Positions 1-9,200 of a DNA stretch of 64,000 nt are shown one piece after another. Source of the stretch: Myxococcota bacterium (GTDB lineage: Bacteria > Myxococcota_A > SURF-8); contig CAXXQS010000002.1 in assembly GCA_963674735.2 (NCBI GenBank), positions 1,440,001 through 1,504,000 on the forward strand, read 5' to 3'. Position numbers and translations under genes: made by a program. Below the pieces are notes generated by a model. That model searched no databases. It was given only the letters and a program-made list of their open reading frames with translations, and was not told the origin of the DNA. How positions within the stretch are numbered: the stretch's first letter is position 1; each line of letters begins with the position of its first letter.

Positions 1-494
1 GTTTCGATTTTCCCTTGTTGAAACAGGGTGATGCGCCGCGAAACCTGCTTTTGGAGCAGTTTCGTGAATCGGTCGATTCCGTGCTGTTCGCCACAGGCAC
101 GTTCTGGCAGGGTGTCGATGTGCTCGGTGAGTCGTTGCGTTTGGTGGTGATCGACAAATTGCCCTTTGAACCGCCGGGCGAGCCGATCAACGAGGCGCGC
201 ATCGCCGCCATGCGCAATACGCAACGCGATCCTTTCAACCGTTACCAGGTGCCCAATGCCATTATCCAGCTCAAGCAGGGGGTGGGGCGTCTGATTCGTG
301 ACGCGGGTGACTGGGGGGTGATTGCGCTTCTCGATCGCCGTGTGGTTACCAAGGGTTACGGAAAGCGCTTCTTGAAAAGCCTGCCTCCTTCGGTTCGTGT
401 GGACCGCTTCGATCATGTGAAAAGCTGGTGGCGGCGCAAGGAAGGGATGGCGGGATTGGATGTGCCGCTCGAAGGCAAGCCGGATCGTCGCTGA
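1..494 (+). CDS. dinG: ATP-dependent DNA helicase, DinG/YoaA family (3' part; gene starts before the window)
   Basis: Helicase C-terminal motifs ATGTFWQGVD, VIDKLPF, QGVGRLIR, LLDRR. Confidence 0.85.
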   Translation, partial: FDFPLLKQGDAPRNLLLEQFRESVDSVLFATGTFWQGVDVLGESLRLVVIDKLPFEPPGEPINEARIAAMRNTQRDPFNRYQVPNAIIQLKQGVGRLIRDAGDWGVIALLDRRVVTKGYGKRFLKSLPPSVRVDRFDHVKSWWRRKEGMAGLDVPLEGKPDRR

Positions 495-583
495 GCGTTA
501 GCGCTTGGCGCGGTTGCTGTCCTCTGCTACAATACACGGCGTTTGTCTGGCATCCTGTCACGACGACCTGAAAGGGGTGTAAA

Positions 584-1552
584 ATGCCGAAAGAACCGGC
601 GACCGCAAAATCCGGGCGAAGCAAAGGAGTGGCAAAACTCGTCGGGTGGCTGTTGGCCGCCGCGCTGTTTTTAGCCCTCGTTATTGCCGTGGCGAACTAT
701 CGTTTTCCCGATTTTTTTACCCCGGAATTCGATGATAAAATCCCCGGTGACGCGCTTCTGGCCACCTTGATCGTCATGAGTGACGAAATGACCGAGCGCT
801 GGTTGCCCAATGACGTGCTTTATCCGACGATTTTGCTCGATAATCCGCAACATTACCAAATGGGCGAACTGGAGGTTGTCCGCTACGGCGTGCGCGTGCT
901 GCGTGATAACCTGTCACGTTTGAGAACCACCGACCGTATCGATGCCGATGCCGACGCCGCCTATACCAATTTCGCCAACGATCCCGAGCGCTGGGTGTTG
1001 CCGTCCGCCGAGGTGAAATTCGGTACGGGACTCAAGCACCTGCGCCAGTTTAGAGATCGGTTGAAGAAAAAGCAGGTCAATATCTACCCGCGCGGTGATA
1101 ACTTGATCGAATTGCTCAATCAACTCAATTCGCTGCTGGGCGGCGTGTGTACCCGATTATCCACCATTCCGTCCGACTACAGCGAGTTTTTATCCGAGGA
1201 AACGGCCGGTGATCCCTATACCGAAGGGGAACGGTCGGTGCGGGTGGACGCCTCGTGGTTCGAGATCGACGATCAGTTCTATTTCGCTCAGGGTGTGGCT
1301 TACGGCATGCGGCAGGTTATGCTCGCGGTGCGTTCCGATTTCACCGAGATCCTCAAAACGAAGAAGGCCACGGAGTTGATCGACAAAATCATTCACTTGC
1401 TCGGTCATACCCAGTGGGAGCCGCCCTATATGGTCATGAATGGAACGCCCGGTGGTTGGATTCCCTGGCCCAATGACGCCATGATGTTGAACAGCCGTCT
1501 ACAGGATGCCCGCCAGAAGATACAGAGTTTGATCTCGATGGTCGAGAACTGA
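584..1552 (+). CDS. DUF2333-family protein with N-terminal membrane anchor
   Basis: N-terminal TM; WLPND..P..LDN, WVLPSAE, WFEIDDQFYFAQG motifs. Confidence 0.7.
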   Translation: MPKEPATAKSGRSKGVAKLVGWLLAAALFLALVIAVANYRFPDFFTPEFDDKIPGDALLATLIVMSDEMTERWLPNDVLYPTILLDNPQHYQMGELEVVRYGVRVLRDNLSRLRTTDRIDADADAAYTNFANDPERWVLPSAEVKFGTGLKHLRQFRDRLKKKQVNIYPRGDNLIELLNQLNSLLGGVCTRLSTIPSDYSEFLSEETAGDPYTEGERSVRVDASWFEIDDQFYFAQGVAYGMRQVMLAVRSDFTEILKTKKATELIDKIIHLLGHTQWEPPYMVMNGTPGGWIPWPNDAMMLNSRLQDARQKIQSLISMVEN

Positions 1553-1666
1553 TGGTTCTTGCCGGAATCAAATGCGTTCTGTAACAAAATCTCGGTGGCA
1601 ACGTCTTGATTCCGTAGGAAGAAATCGATTCTCCAATCCGAGTGAGTCCCTAGCTTCAAGACCGGT

Positions 1667-1695
1667 TTGACTTCCCTTGCGGCCTTTTCTAAAAT
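1667..1695 (+). promoter_or_regulatory. sigma70-type promoter
   Basis: TTGACT-17 bp-TAAAAT upstream of AGGAGG RBS and ATG at 1720. Confidence 0.6.
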
Positions 1696-1719
1696 AGCCT
1701 TATCGTTAGGAGGCTTTGT

Positions 1720-2412
1720 ATGATGCCCTCAGGTATGGGCAGAACGGTTCTGTGGGGGGTTTTGTGGTGTTTTACGGCCACGACCCTGTGGACACTGCCC
1801 GGCGGTTCCGGGGCTTGGGCCCAAGCACAAACGTTTCGGCAGGAAACGGCTTCAGCAGCGGATGTCGATGCCGGGCAAACACCGCCGGCGCTCCCGGACG
1901 AATCCACCGATGCAGCGAAGGCGTCACCGAATTCCACCCAAACATCGATCGACGAACCGGAGGGTGAGTCGGCAGGTGGCCAAGCGGTTTCCGGGGTGGA
2001 AAAGTCGGAAATCGAAAAGTCAAGCAGCGATCAGGGCAGAAAACCCAAGCCTGAATCCGAGCTTGGGAAACAAACCGACTCCCAGCCCAAGCAAGCTCCG
2101 AAGAAACAGTCGAACACGAATCCTTCCCGAAAAAAGGCGAAAAAAGGCAAAGATGTTGAAGATGAAGGAAATTTCGTCGACCGCCTGTTGACCGTCGGAC
2201 CGACTAAGAAAAAGGATCGTTTCAATCTCGACTATGAACCCTCCGACGAACCGATCATCCAAAAAGACGACAGCAAGCCCGCGACTCCGTTTTACAAGCA
2301 TTGGTTGTTTTGGACGGTCATCGGGGTGGCGGCTTGCACTGGAACGGTTTTATTCGTGAAATACGGCGTGGATCATCGTGACAGCATGTCGTTGGAGGTG
2401 TCGCAGCGATGA
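1720..2412 (+). CDS. Hypothetical secreted protein with low-complexity body and C-terminal TM (PFYKHWLFWTVIGVAA)
   Basis: Signal peptide (AWA-QA), RBS, aromatic-rich tail of the myxobacterial PEGA-protein type; overlaps next gene. Confidence 0.7.
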   Translation: MMPSGMGRTVLWGVLWCFTATTLWTLPGGSGAWAQAQTFRQETASAADVDAGQTPPALPDESTDAAKASPNSTQTSIDEPEGESAGGQAVSGVEKSEIEKSSSDQGRKPKPESELGKQTDSQPKQAPKKQSNTNPSRKKAKKGKDVEDEGNFVDRLLTVGPTKKKDRFNLDYEPSDEPIIQKDDSKPATPFYKHWLFWTVIGVAACTGTVLFVKYGVDHRDSMSLEVSQR

Positions 2413-3926
2413 TGAAACGCTCAGTGTTAAGGGCTTGTATTCTGTCGATAATTGCCGCATCGCTTCTAATGGCCTGCAGTGACGGCAAGCATTACGATAT
2501 TGGATTGGAATTGGTAACGCCGATCGATCAAGACCCTTTTCAGTCGATGAAACGGCTGACTTTTACCGTGACCAACGCAAGCGATTCCGACAAGCAGAGC
2601 GTGTTTCCTTACGAGCCGGATGGCGGATTCAGCGATCTCGAACTTTCGTTAAGCGATATCGATTACTATCCTGAATTCACGGTATTGGTTGAGGGACGCG
2701 ACCCGGAAGAAACCCTGCTGGCGCGCGGCGCTACGGGGATTTTGGCGGCGCAGACTTTCGACGGAAGTAGCTTCGCCGTCTATTTCGCGCGTACAGGTAC
2801 GATTTCGTCACCACCGGCACAGATGCTGCATCCTCGCGCGGGTGTACGCGTCGCTTCTCCGAATGATTTCGATGTCTTGATTGTTGGAGGTGCGGGGCGC
2901 CTGCCGGACGGAACCTGGCAGGACACCCTGGGGCAGATCGCGTATTTTACCCCGCCGTTATGCAAAATGGATCTGTTGATGAACGACGATGATATCTTCT
3001 ATTTGAACAACGGGATGATCGGCCACACGGCGACGCCGCTCGACGGATCGTCGGTCTTGGTGGCGGGTGGGTATGCGCTTGGGGGAGAAGAAGCGACCTG
3101 GCTGGAACAACCGGTGATTTTAAGCTCGGAAGAATCCGATATCCGGGTGGAAGTCGGCGGCGATGCGGTTCTATCCCCGCGAATTCGCCATCAGGCCTCG
3201 CTTTTATTGGCGGAAGAGCGCGTTTTGCTTTCGGGAGGTGAAAATCCGGAGGGAGCTCGCTTGGATGGTGCGTTCTACGTTGATTCGACATCGCACAGCT
3301 TGAACCGGGCCTTTTCTTTGAAGACTCCGCGAGCCGGGCACACCCAGACCGTTGTCACCGATCAACTGCAAACCTTCGTGGGTGTTCTGTTTTACGGGGG
3401 GCAGGCGGCTGACGAGTCCAGTGCCGAATGGTTGGAAGCGGGTGCAAGCCAGACGCGTTTGGTTGCCGATGCTCCCGATGAAAGCCGCCTGGGACACGCC
3501 GCCGTGTCGCTGTATGACGGTCGGGCACTGGTGCTGGGGGGGCAGGTCGAGGGTGACGTTCGTTCCGACGGCGTGGTGGTGAACCCGGCTTGTCTCGACG
3601 ATTCCGATTGTGCGGCGATCAAGCGCATTGAGGGGCTGCTTGCAACTCCGCGCTACGACTTCACGCTCACACCGTATTCCACTCGCTATCTGTTGGCCTG
3701 CGGAGGCCGTGGAGCGGAGGGCGTCGTGCTGGATGATTGCGAGATCATCGATACGGAAAATCTTGGCGAAAGCCAGCCTTTCGACCCCATTGTGATGGTG
3801 CATGCGAGAACCGACCACGACGCGGTTTATTTGCCGGATGGAACCGTGATGCTGGTTGGCGGTTTCAATGAAGAACAAGGTGCGCTGGACGCGGTAGAGA
3901 TTTTCGTTCCACCGGTTGCTGACTAA
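2409..3926 (+). CDS. Kelch-repeat beta-propeller lipoprotein
   Basis: Lipobox LMAC; repeated R..H.A..L.DG.VL..GG Kelch blades. Confidence 0.85.
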   Translation: MMKRSVLRACILSIIAASLLMACSDGKHYDIGLELVTPIDQDPFQSMKRLTFTVTNASDSDKQSVFPYEPDGGFSDLELSLSDIDYYPEFTVLVEGRDPEETLLARGATGILAAQTFDGSSFAVYFARTGTISSPPAQMLHPRAGVRVASPNDFDVLIVGGAGRLPDGTWQDTLGQIAYFTPPLCKMDLLMNDDDIFYLNNGMIGHTATPLDGSSVLVAGGYALGGEEATWLEQPVILSSEESDIRVEVGGDAVLSPRIRHQASLLLAEERVLLSGGENPEGARLDGAFYVDSTSHSLNRAFSLKTPRAGHTQTVVTDQLQTFVGVLFYGGQAADESSAEWLEAGASQTRLVADAPDESRLGHAAVSLYDGRALVLGGQVEGDVRSDGVVVNPACLDDSDCAAIKRIEGLLATPRYDFTLTPYSTRYLLACGGRGAEGVVLDDCEIIDTENLGESQPFDPIVMVHARTDHDAVYLPDGTVMLVGGFNEEQGALDAVEIFVPPVAD

Positions 3927-3964
3927 CAAACCGACGGTTTTTTTCTGTGTGCTGAGGAGTCCTG

Positions 3965-4573
3965 TCAGGCTTGTAGTAGGCTATCGGCCAGATTGTTTCC
4001 CGCCTCACGAAGTTTGTCGGCTTTCACTTTAAATTCAGCCGCTTGCGGGTCTGCGCCAAGCGCTTCGAGATTGATGGCCACGTTGTGGAACGCGCCTTCC
4101 AGAGCACTTCGCGCGCATAGAATACCCACCGAGATATCCGATGCGCAATTCGGGTTGCCTTTCTCGCGGCCGATGGCGAGAAGCTTCATTGCCTCCACCG
4201 CATAGCCCATGGTTTCCAGAGGAATACGTGTTGCGTCGATCGTGGCCAGACGGATGGCGTTTTTGCGGATTTGTTTCTGCTCGTCACTGTCCTTGGGGAG
4301 CTTGAAGGCGCGCATGACGTCCAGATAGACTTGGGAGTCGCGATCGACCAACACGAGCAGGTATTCGGCCAGCGCCTTCGCTTCGGCCTGCAGCGCCGCC
4401 ATTTCCTCCTGCACGTCGGCATGTTTCTTTTTGCCGAGCGTGAGTCCGGCTACCATGCAAGCCAAGGCGGCGGCCATCGCGCCGGAATAGGCGGCAACGG
4501 ACCCTCCTCCTGGAGCGGCGCTGTTGTTGAGTATTTCGGTAATGAAGTCACGCGCGGATTTATCCATCAACAT
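3965..4573 (-). CDS. Formiminotetrahydrofolate cyclodeaminase
   Basis: APGGGSVAA motif, GNPNCASD, NVAINL; start taken at MLMDK; downstream of formiminotransferase. Confidence 0.9.
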   Translation of the reverse strand: MLMDKSARDFITEILNNSAAPGGGSVAAYSGAMAAALACMVAGLTLGKKKHADVQEEMAALQAEAKALAEYLLVLVDRDSQVYLDVMRAFKLPKDSDEQKQIRKNAIRLATIDATRIPLETMGYAVEAMKLLAIGREKGNPNCASDISVGILCARSALEGAFHNVAINLEALGADPQAAEFKVKADKLREAGNNLADSLLQA

Positions 4574-4598
4574 CTCGGCGGTCCTTTGTCGGTGAGGA

Positions 4599-5642
4599 TC
4601 AGAGGCTATCAAGGCGGGCTTCGATGACCTTTTCCTGTAGCTTGAACGGATACAAATCGGAAAGCCCCAGTTTTTCGGCTCCGTATGCAACTAAATCTTG
4701 TGAGCTTGGTTGATCGGATCCTGTTTGCTTTTGAGAAAAATAACGACCTGCCAAGCTGAGCGCTTCTTCGGGAATCAAGCCCACAACCTCGCTGCCGGTC
4801 ACCTGCGTTCCCAGTTCTTTCGCCAAGTTGCAGCACTCTTCATAAGCCACATGGGGAGGGGTGATGTGGAAATCTGTGAGGTTCATGGATACCTGCACGA
4901 TACCGTGATCCGGCATCGCCACCCCCAGAGCTTTGACGTGCTTGAGTTTACCGGGGATGCGAAGGGTTTTCCCGTTTTCATCCACCATTTTCCGTCCCTG
5001 TGCATCCCGCCGAACACATCCGCTCTCCCGCAACGCGCCCGCGATCGTGTTGGCGATGGCGAGGTCATCGGTGGCCAGATTGACGTTGTAGGCGATTAAA
5101 AACTGACGTGCACCGGTAATGGTGGCTCCGCTTTTTGCATTGAAGTGCCGTGGGCCGAAATCGGGCTGCCAGAGCGGATCTTGCAATTTCCGTTCAAGCC
5201 CTTCGTATTCGCCTTTGCGCACCTGAGCGAGATTGCCACGTTCCGGTCGGGTCGCGGCTTTTTCGTATAGGTAAACGGGGATATCGAGCTCACGCCCCAC
5301 GCGTTCGCCGTATTGCCGGGCACAGGCGATGGCGTCGGCCATGCTTGTGCCTGAAACGGGGATGAACGGAACCACGTCGGTGGCTCCCAGGCGTGGATGT
5401 CCGCCTTTATGTCGTGTCATATCGATGGCTTCAGACGCGATGCGTGTGGCGGCGAAAGCCGCTTGAACGACTGCGCCCGGATCGCCGACGAAGGTGACGA
5501 CACAGCGATTGTAATCGCCATCCGGTTCGACGTTCAGCAGCGTGGCGCCGGGTGTTTGCGAAACCGCCTTCGCCAAAGCGTCAATCGTGACTTGGTGACG
5601 CCCTTCGGAGAAATTGGGCACGCATTCGATGATTGGCCGCAT
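4599..5642 (-). CDS. ftcD: Glutamate formiminotransferase
   Basis: IECVPNFSEGR, HPRLGATDVVPF, QVSMNLT. Confidence 0.95.
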   Translation of the reverse strand: MRPIIECVPNFSEGRHQVTIDALAKAVSQTPGATLLNVEPDGDYNRCVVTFVGDPGAVVQAAFAATRIASEAIDMTRHKGGHPRLGATDVVPFIPVSGTSMADAIACARQYGERVGRELDIPVYLYEKAATRPERGNLAQVRKGEYEGLERKLQDPLWQPDFGPRHFNAKSGATITGARQFLIAYNVNLATDDLAIANTIAGALRESGCVRRDAQGRKMVDENGKTLRIPGKLKHVKALGVAMPDHGIVQVSMNLTDFHITPPHVAYEECCNLAKELGTQVTGSEVVGLIPEEALSLAGRYFSQKQTGSDQPSSQDLVAYGAEKLGLSDLYPFKLQEKVIEARLDSL

Positions 5643-5689
5643 AAGAAACCTTGATAACGAAATCGACCCTGTTCAGACCCTTGATTCGG

Positions 5690-6214
5690 CTAGAAATCGA
5701 GTTTCACGATGCCGCTCAACAGACTGTTGATGACGTTGAAATGGCTGACGCGCACTTTGCCGGTTTCGCGAATCCGCTGTTCGGATTCCAGCTTCACTTT
5801 TTGAGCAAGTTGCTCGTAGTGGCTGCGGTTTTTCTCCATTTCGTCCATCCACTGTTCCCGGTAAACCTGTACTTTATCGAGTTCTCCCGGGTCCAGCCAG
5901 ACTCCGTGTCCATCCGGACAGCGATCGATGATGATGTTGGAACTATACTGATAGTTGGCGGGTGTCATGTCTTTTTGGCATTTGGGACACACCACCTTAC
6001 GCGCGATTTCGGCCGCCGGCATGGCGTGGCTTTGTTTGACCAGGGCGTTTAGCTCATCCACTGTTTTCTGGTCGAAGGTTTCTTCGCGTTTTTTCACGAT
6101 TTTTTCAAGTTCACCGGCATCGAGCCAGATGCCGTTGCATCCCGAACAGACATCGATTTCAACGCCTTCGTATTGGATGGTTTCCATCCCCGCACCGCAA
6201 CTCCCGCATTGCAT
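5690..6214 (-). CDS. Double zf-TFIIB-type zinc-ribbon protein
   Basis: Two CxxC...C..G(I/V)WLD.GEL units; GGAGG RBS before ATG at 6214. Confidence 0.8.
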   Translation of the reverse strand: MQCGSCGAGMETIQYEGVEIDVCSGCNGIWLDAGELEKIVKKREETFDQKTVDELNALVKQSHAMPAAEIARKVVCPKCQKDMTPANYQYSSNIIIDRCPDGHGVWLDPGELDKVQVYREQWMDEMEKNRSHYEQLAQKVKLESEQRIRETGKVRVSHFNVINSLLSGIVKLDF

Positions 6215-6284
6215 GTCGGTTTCCTCCCACGCAAGTGTCAAGCAAATTGTTGGTTCCTATCTTCACTCGGATTTTGTGTATCTG

Positions 6285-9200
6285 TCAAGCTTTACGACGC
6301 CAACCCCAAAGAAGACCCATCATCATGGTGAACAACCAGGCTTCGGTGGCGAGGGTTCCGCTGTGATTGCAGTCGCAACCTTCCAGGTCCAGATCGAGTT
6401 CCGAATCGGCCAGATCGAAGTCCAGATCTCCATCGATGAGCGAACGATCCCCGTCCGCCGCTTCCAAAGTATCGTCGTCCGTGTCGCCGTCCGCGCCGTC
6501 TTCTTCCGCCGTGTCGTCATCGGTGCGATCGTCATCGCTCTGATCGATCAGGTCATCATCGATATCGCCATCCGGCTCGTCGTCGGCGTCTTGCTCCGCT
6601 TCGTTATCCCCGTCCGTCAGGAGGTCGTCATCGTCGTCCTGATCGCCATCGGGAAGATCGGCTTCCTCGTCGCCGTCGATATCGCCGTCGACATCGGGTG
6701 GGACGCACTCGCCGTTTCGGCACACATACCCCGTGCTGCAGGGCGTATCGTCGGGAACGGGGGTCGTGACACATCCCTCGGTGGCGCTGCAGGTGTCGGT
6801 GGTGCAGGCGTTGAAGTCGTTACAGGCGTCGTCATCCGGCGTATGCATGCAGGCTTGCTCCGTGGTGTCGCAGGAATCGATGGTGCAGGCGAAGTCGTCG
6901 CGGCAGTCCGGCGGATCGCCCGCCACACAGCCAAGGAAGGGCTCGCAGGTGTAGATCGGATCGCAGAACGCAACGCCGTCATTGCAGGCGGCATCGTCCA
7001 GCTCATATTGGCAGTGCCCTTGAGCGTCGCAGGTATCCGTGGTACAGGCGGCCTCGTCGTCGCAGTCTTCGTTTTGGATACAGTCGGGGACGCAGATGCC
7101 GTTCTGGCAGCTTTCCACGAGTTGCGGGTCGACATCGCAGACCGTATCATCCGCTTCGAATTCATCCACGCAACCGGTGGAGACGTCGCAGGTGCTGGTG
7201 CTGCAGGGGTCGCCGTTATCGCAGGCCTCGTCGTCGGGGGTGAAGACACAGTCTCCGGCGTTGTCGTCGCAGCTGTCTTCGGTGCAATCGAGTTCATCGT
7301 CGCAAATCGGCGGGTCCAGGCGATAGCAGCCATCGGTTAGCGAGCAGCGTTCTTCACCGTTACAGAAACTGTTGTCGTCGCAGAAGGCGTGGTCGGGTTG
7401 ATGGCTGCACTGATCGTCGGTTTCATTGCAGTTGTCCGTGGTGCAGGGAATCTCATCGTCGCAAGGATCGGATCCGCCGATGCAACCGGCGGCATCGGCA
7501 TTGGAGTCGTCGGGGGCGCAGCGTTCGGCTCCGTTGCAGTATTGGCCGTCGCTGCAGCGGTCCGACATGGGGGTGTTGACGCATTCGTCGGAGATTTCGA
7601 TACATTCATCCAAGGTGCAGGATGCCTCGTCTTCGCAAGGATCGTCGCCGGGCACGCAACCGTTATTGTCGGCATTGACATCAGAGGGGTTGCAGGTTTC
7701 GATTCCATTGCAGAACAACGTATCGGCGCAGGCGGCATCGGAGGGTGTATGCGTGCAGGTATCTCCTTCTTCGTCACAGTCATCCTGGGTACAGGTATAG
7801 CTGTCGCTGCAATCCGGAGGCGTTCCGACGATACATCCGGCACCATCCGCGGACAGCTCAGCGGGACGGCAAAGCTCGACTCCGTTGCAATAGAGCGTAT
7901 CGGCGCACAGGCTGTCGTCGGGGGTGACGATGCACTGGTCGTTTGGTTCGTCGCAGGTGTTGACCGTGCAGGCGAAGTCGTCGGTGCAGGGCGATACACC
8001 CGGGAGACAGCCTTGCGCATCGGCGTCGATGTCTTCGGGATCGCAGATTTCATCTCCGTTGCAAAAGGATGAGTCGGCGCAATTCAGATCGACGGGATCG
8101 AAACGGCAGTCTTTGCTACCTTCGTCACAGACATCGTGGGTACAGGCGATTCCATCGCTACAAACGACCACATCGCCTTGCAGGCAGCCATCCGCTCCGG
8201 CACTGGGATTTGTCGGATCGCATGTTTCGACGCCTGAGCAATAAAGACCGTCATCGCAAGCCAAGTCGGATGGGTCGAATACGCATTGATCCAGTTCGCT
8301 GTCGCAGCGATCCGTGGTGCAGGCGATCAGATCGTCACACACGACCGGAACTCCGGGGGCGCAGCCTTGTTCATCCGCCTCGTTGTCTTCCGGGTCGCAG
8401 ACTTCGACGCCATCACAGTAGCGGTCATTGGCACAGCGGGAATGGACCGGATCGTGAACACAGATATCCTCGGTTGTATCGCAGGAATCCTGGGTGCAGT
8501 CCAGATCGTCGTTGCAGGAGCGCAGGGGGCCGGGAATACAGCCGTTGGAGTCGGCCGACAAGTTGGAGGGTTGACAGATTTCATCTCCGTTGCAGAACAC
8601 CGCATCTCCGCATAGCGGATTGCTGGGAGTGTGGCTGCACTGGCCGTCCGTACAGGCGTCGACCGTACAGGCGATGTCGTCGTTGCAGTCTTCAGCGCCA
8701 TCGCAGGGGGTGACGCACAAACCGTCGTCGCAGACCTTTTCACCTTCGCAATCTTCATTGTCGCTGCAGCGCGGGACACATTCGCCGGTATCGCAGATCT
8801 CGTCGATGCCCGGCTCGATGTCGCAGACGGTGCGATCGGGACGGTCTTCGGTTAGGCAACCGGCTTGGGCATCGCAGCCGATCAAGGTGCGGCAGGGACC
8901 GGGATCGGGACAGTTTTCGTCGGATGGTGTGTTGTCGCAGGAATCCGTGCTGTCGTTGCAGGTGTCATCGGTGCAGTCGACGCCGTCGCTGCAGTCCACG
9001 TCCTGACCCGGTTGGCAGTCGTTAAGGACATCACAGGTTTCGATTCCGTTGCACCAGAATTCATCTCGGCAGGCGCTGTCGTCGGGTTCGTTGACGCAGA
9101 GCGCTTCGCCGTTGTTCTCCGTGCAGGTGTCGAGGGTGCAACCGACTCCATCCGCGCAATCGACCGGCGTCCCCGAGACGCAACCGTCTGCCACAATTTT

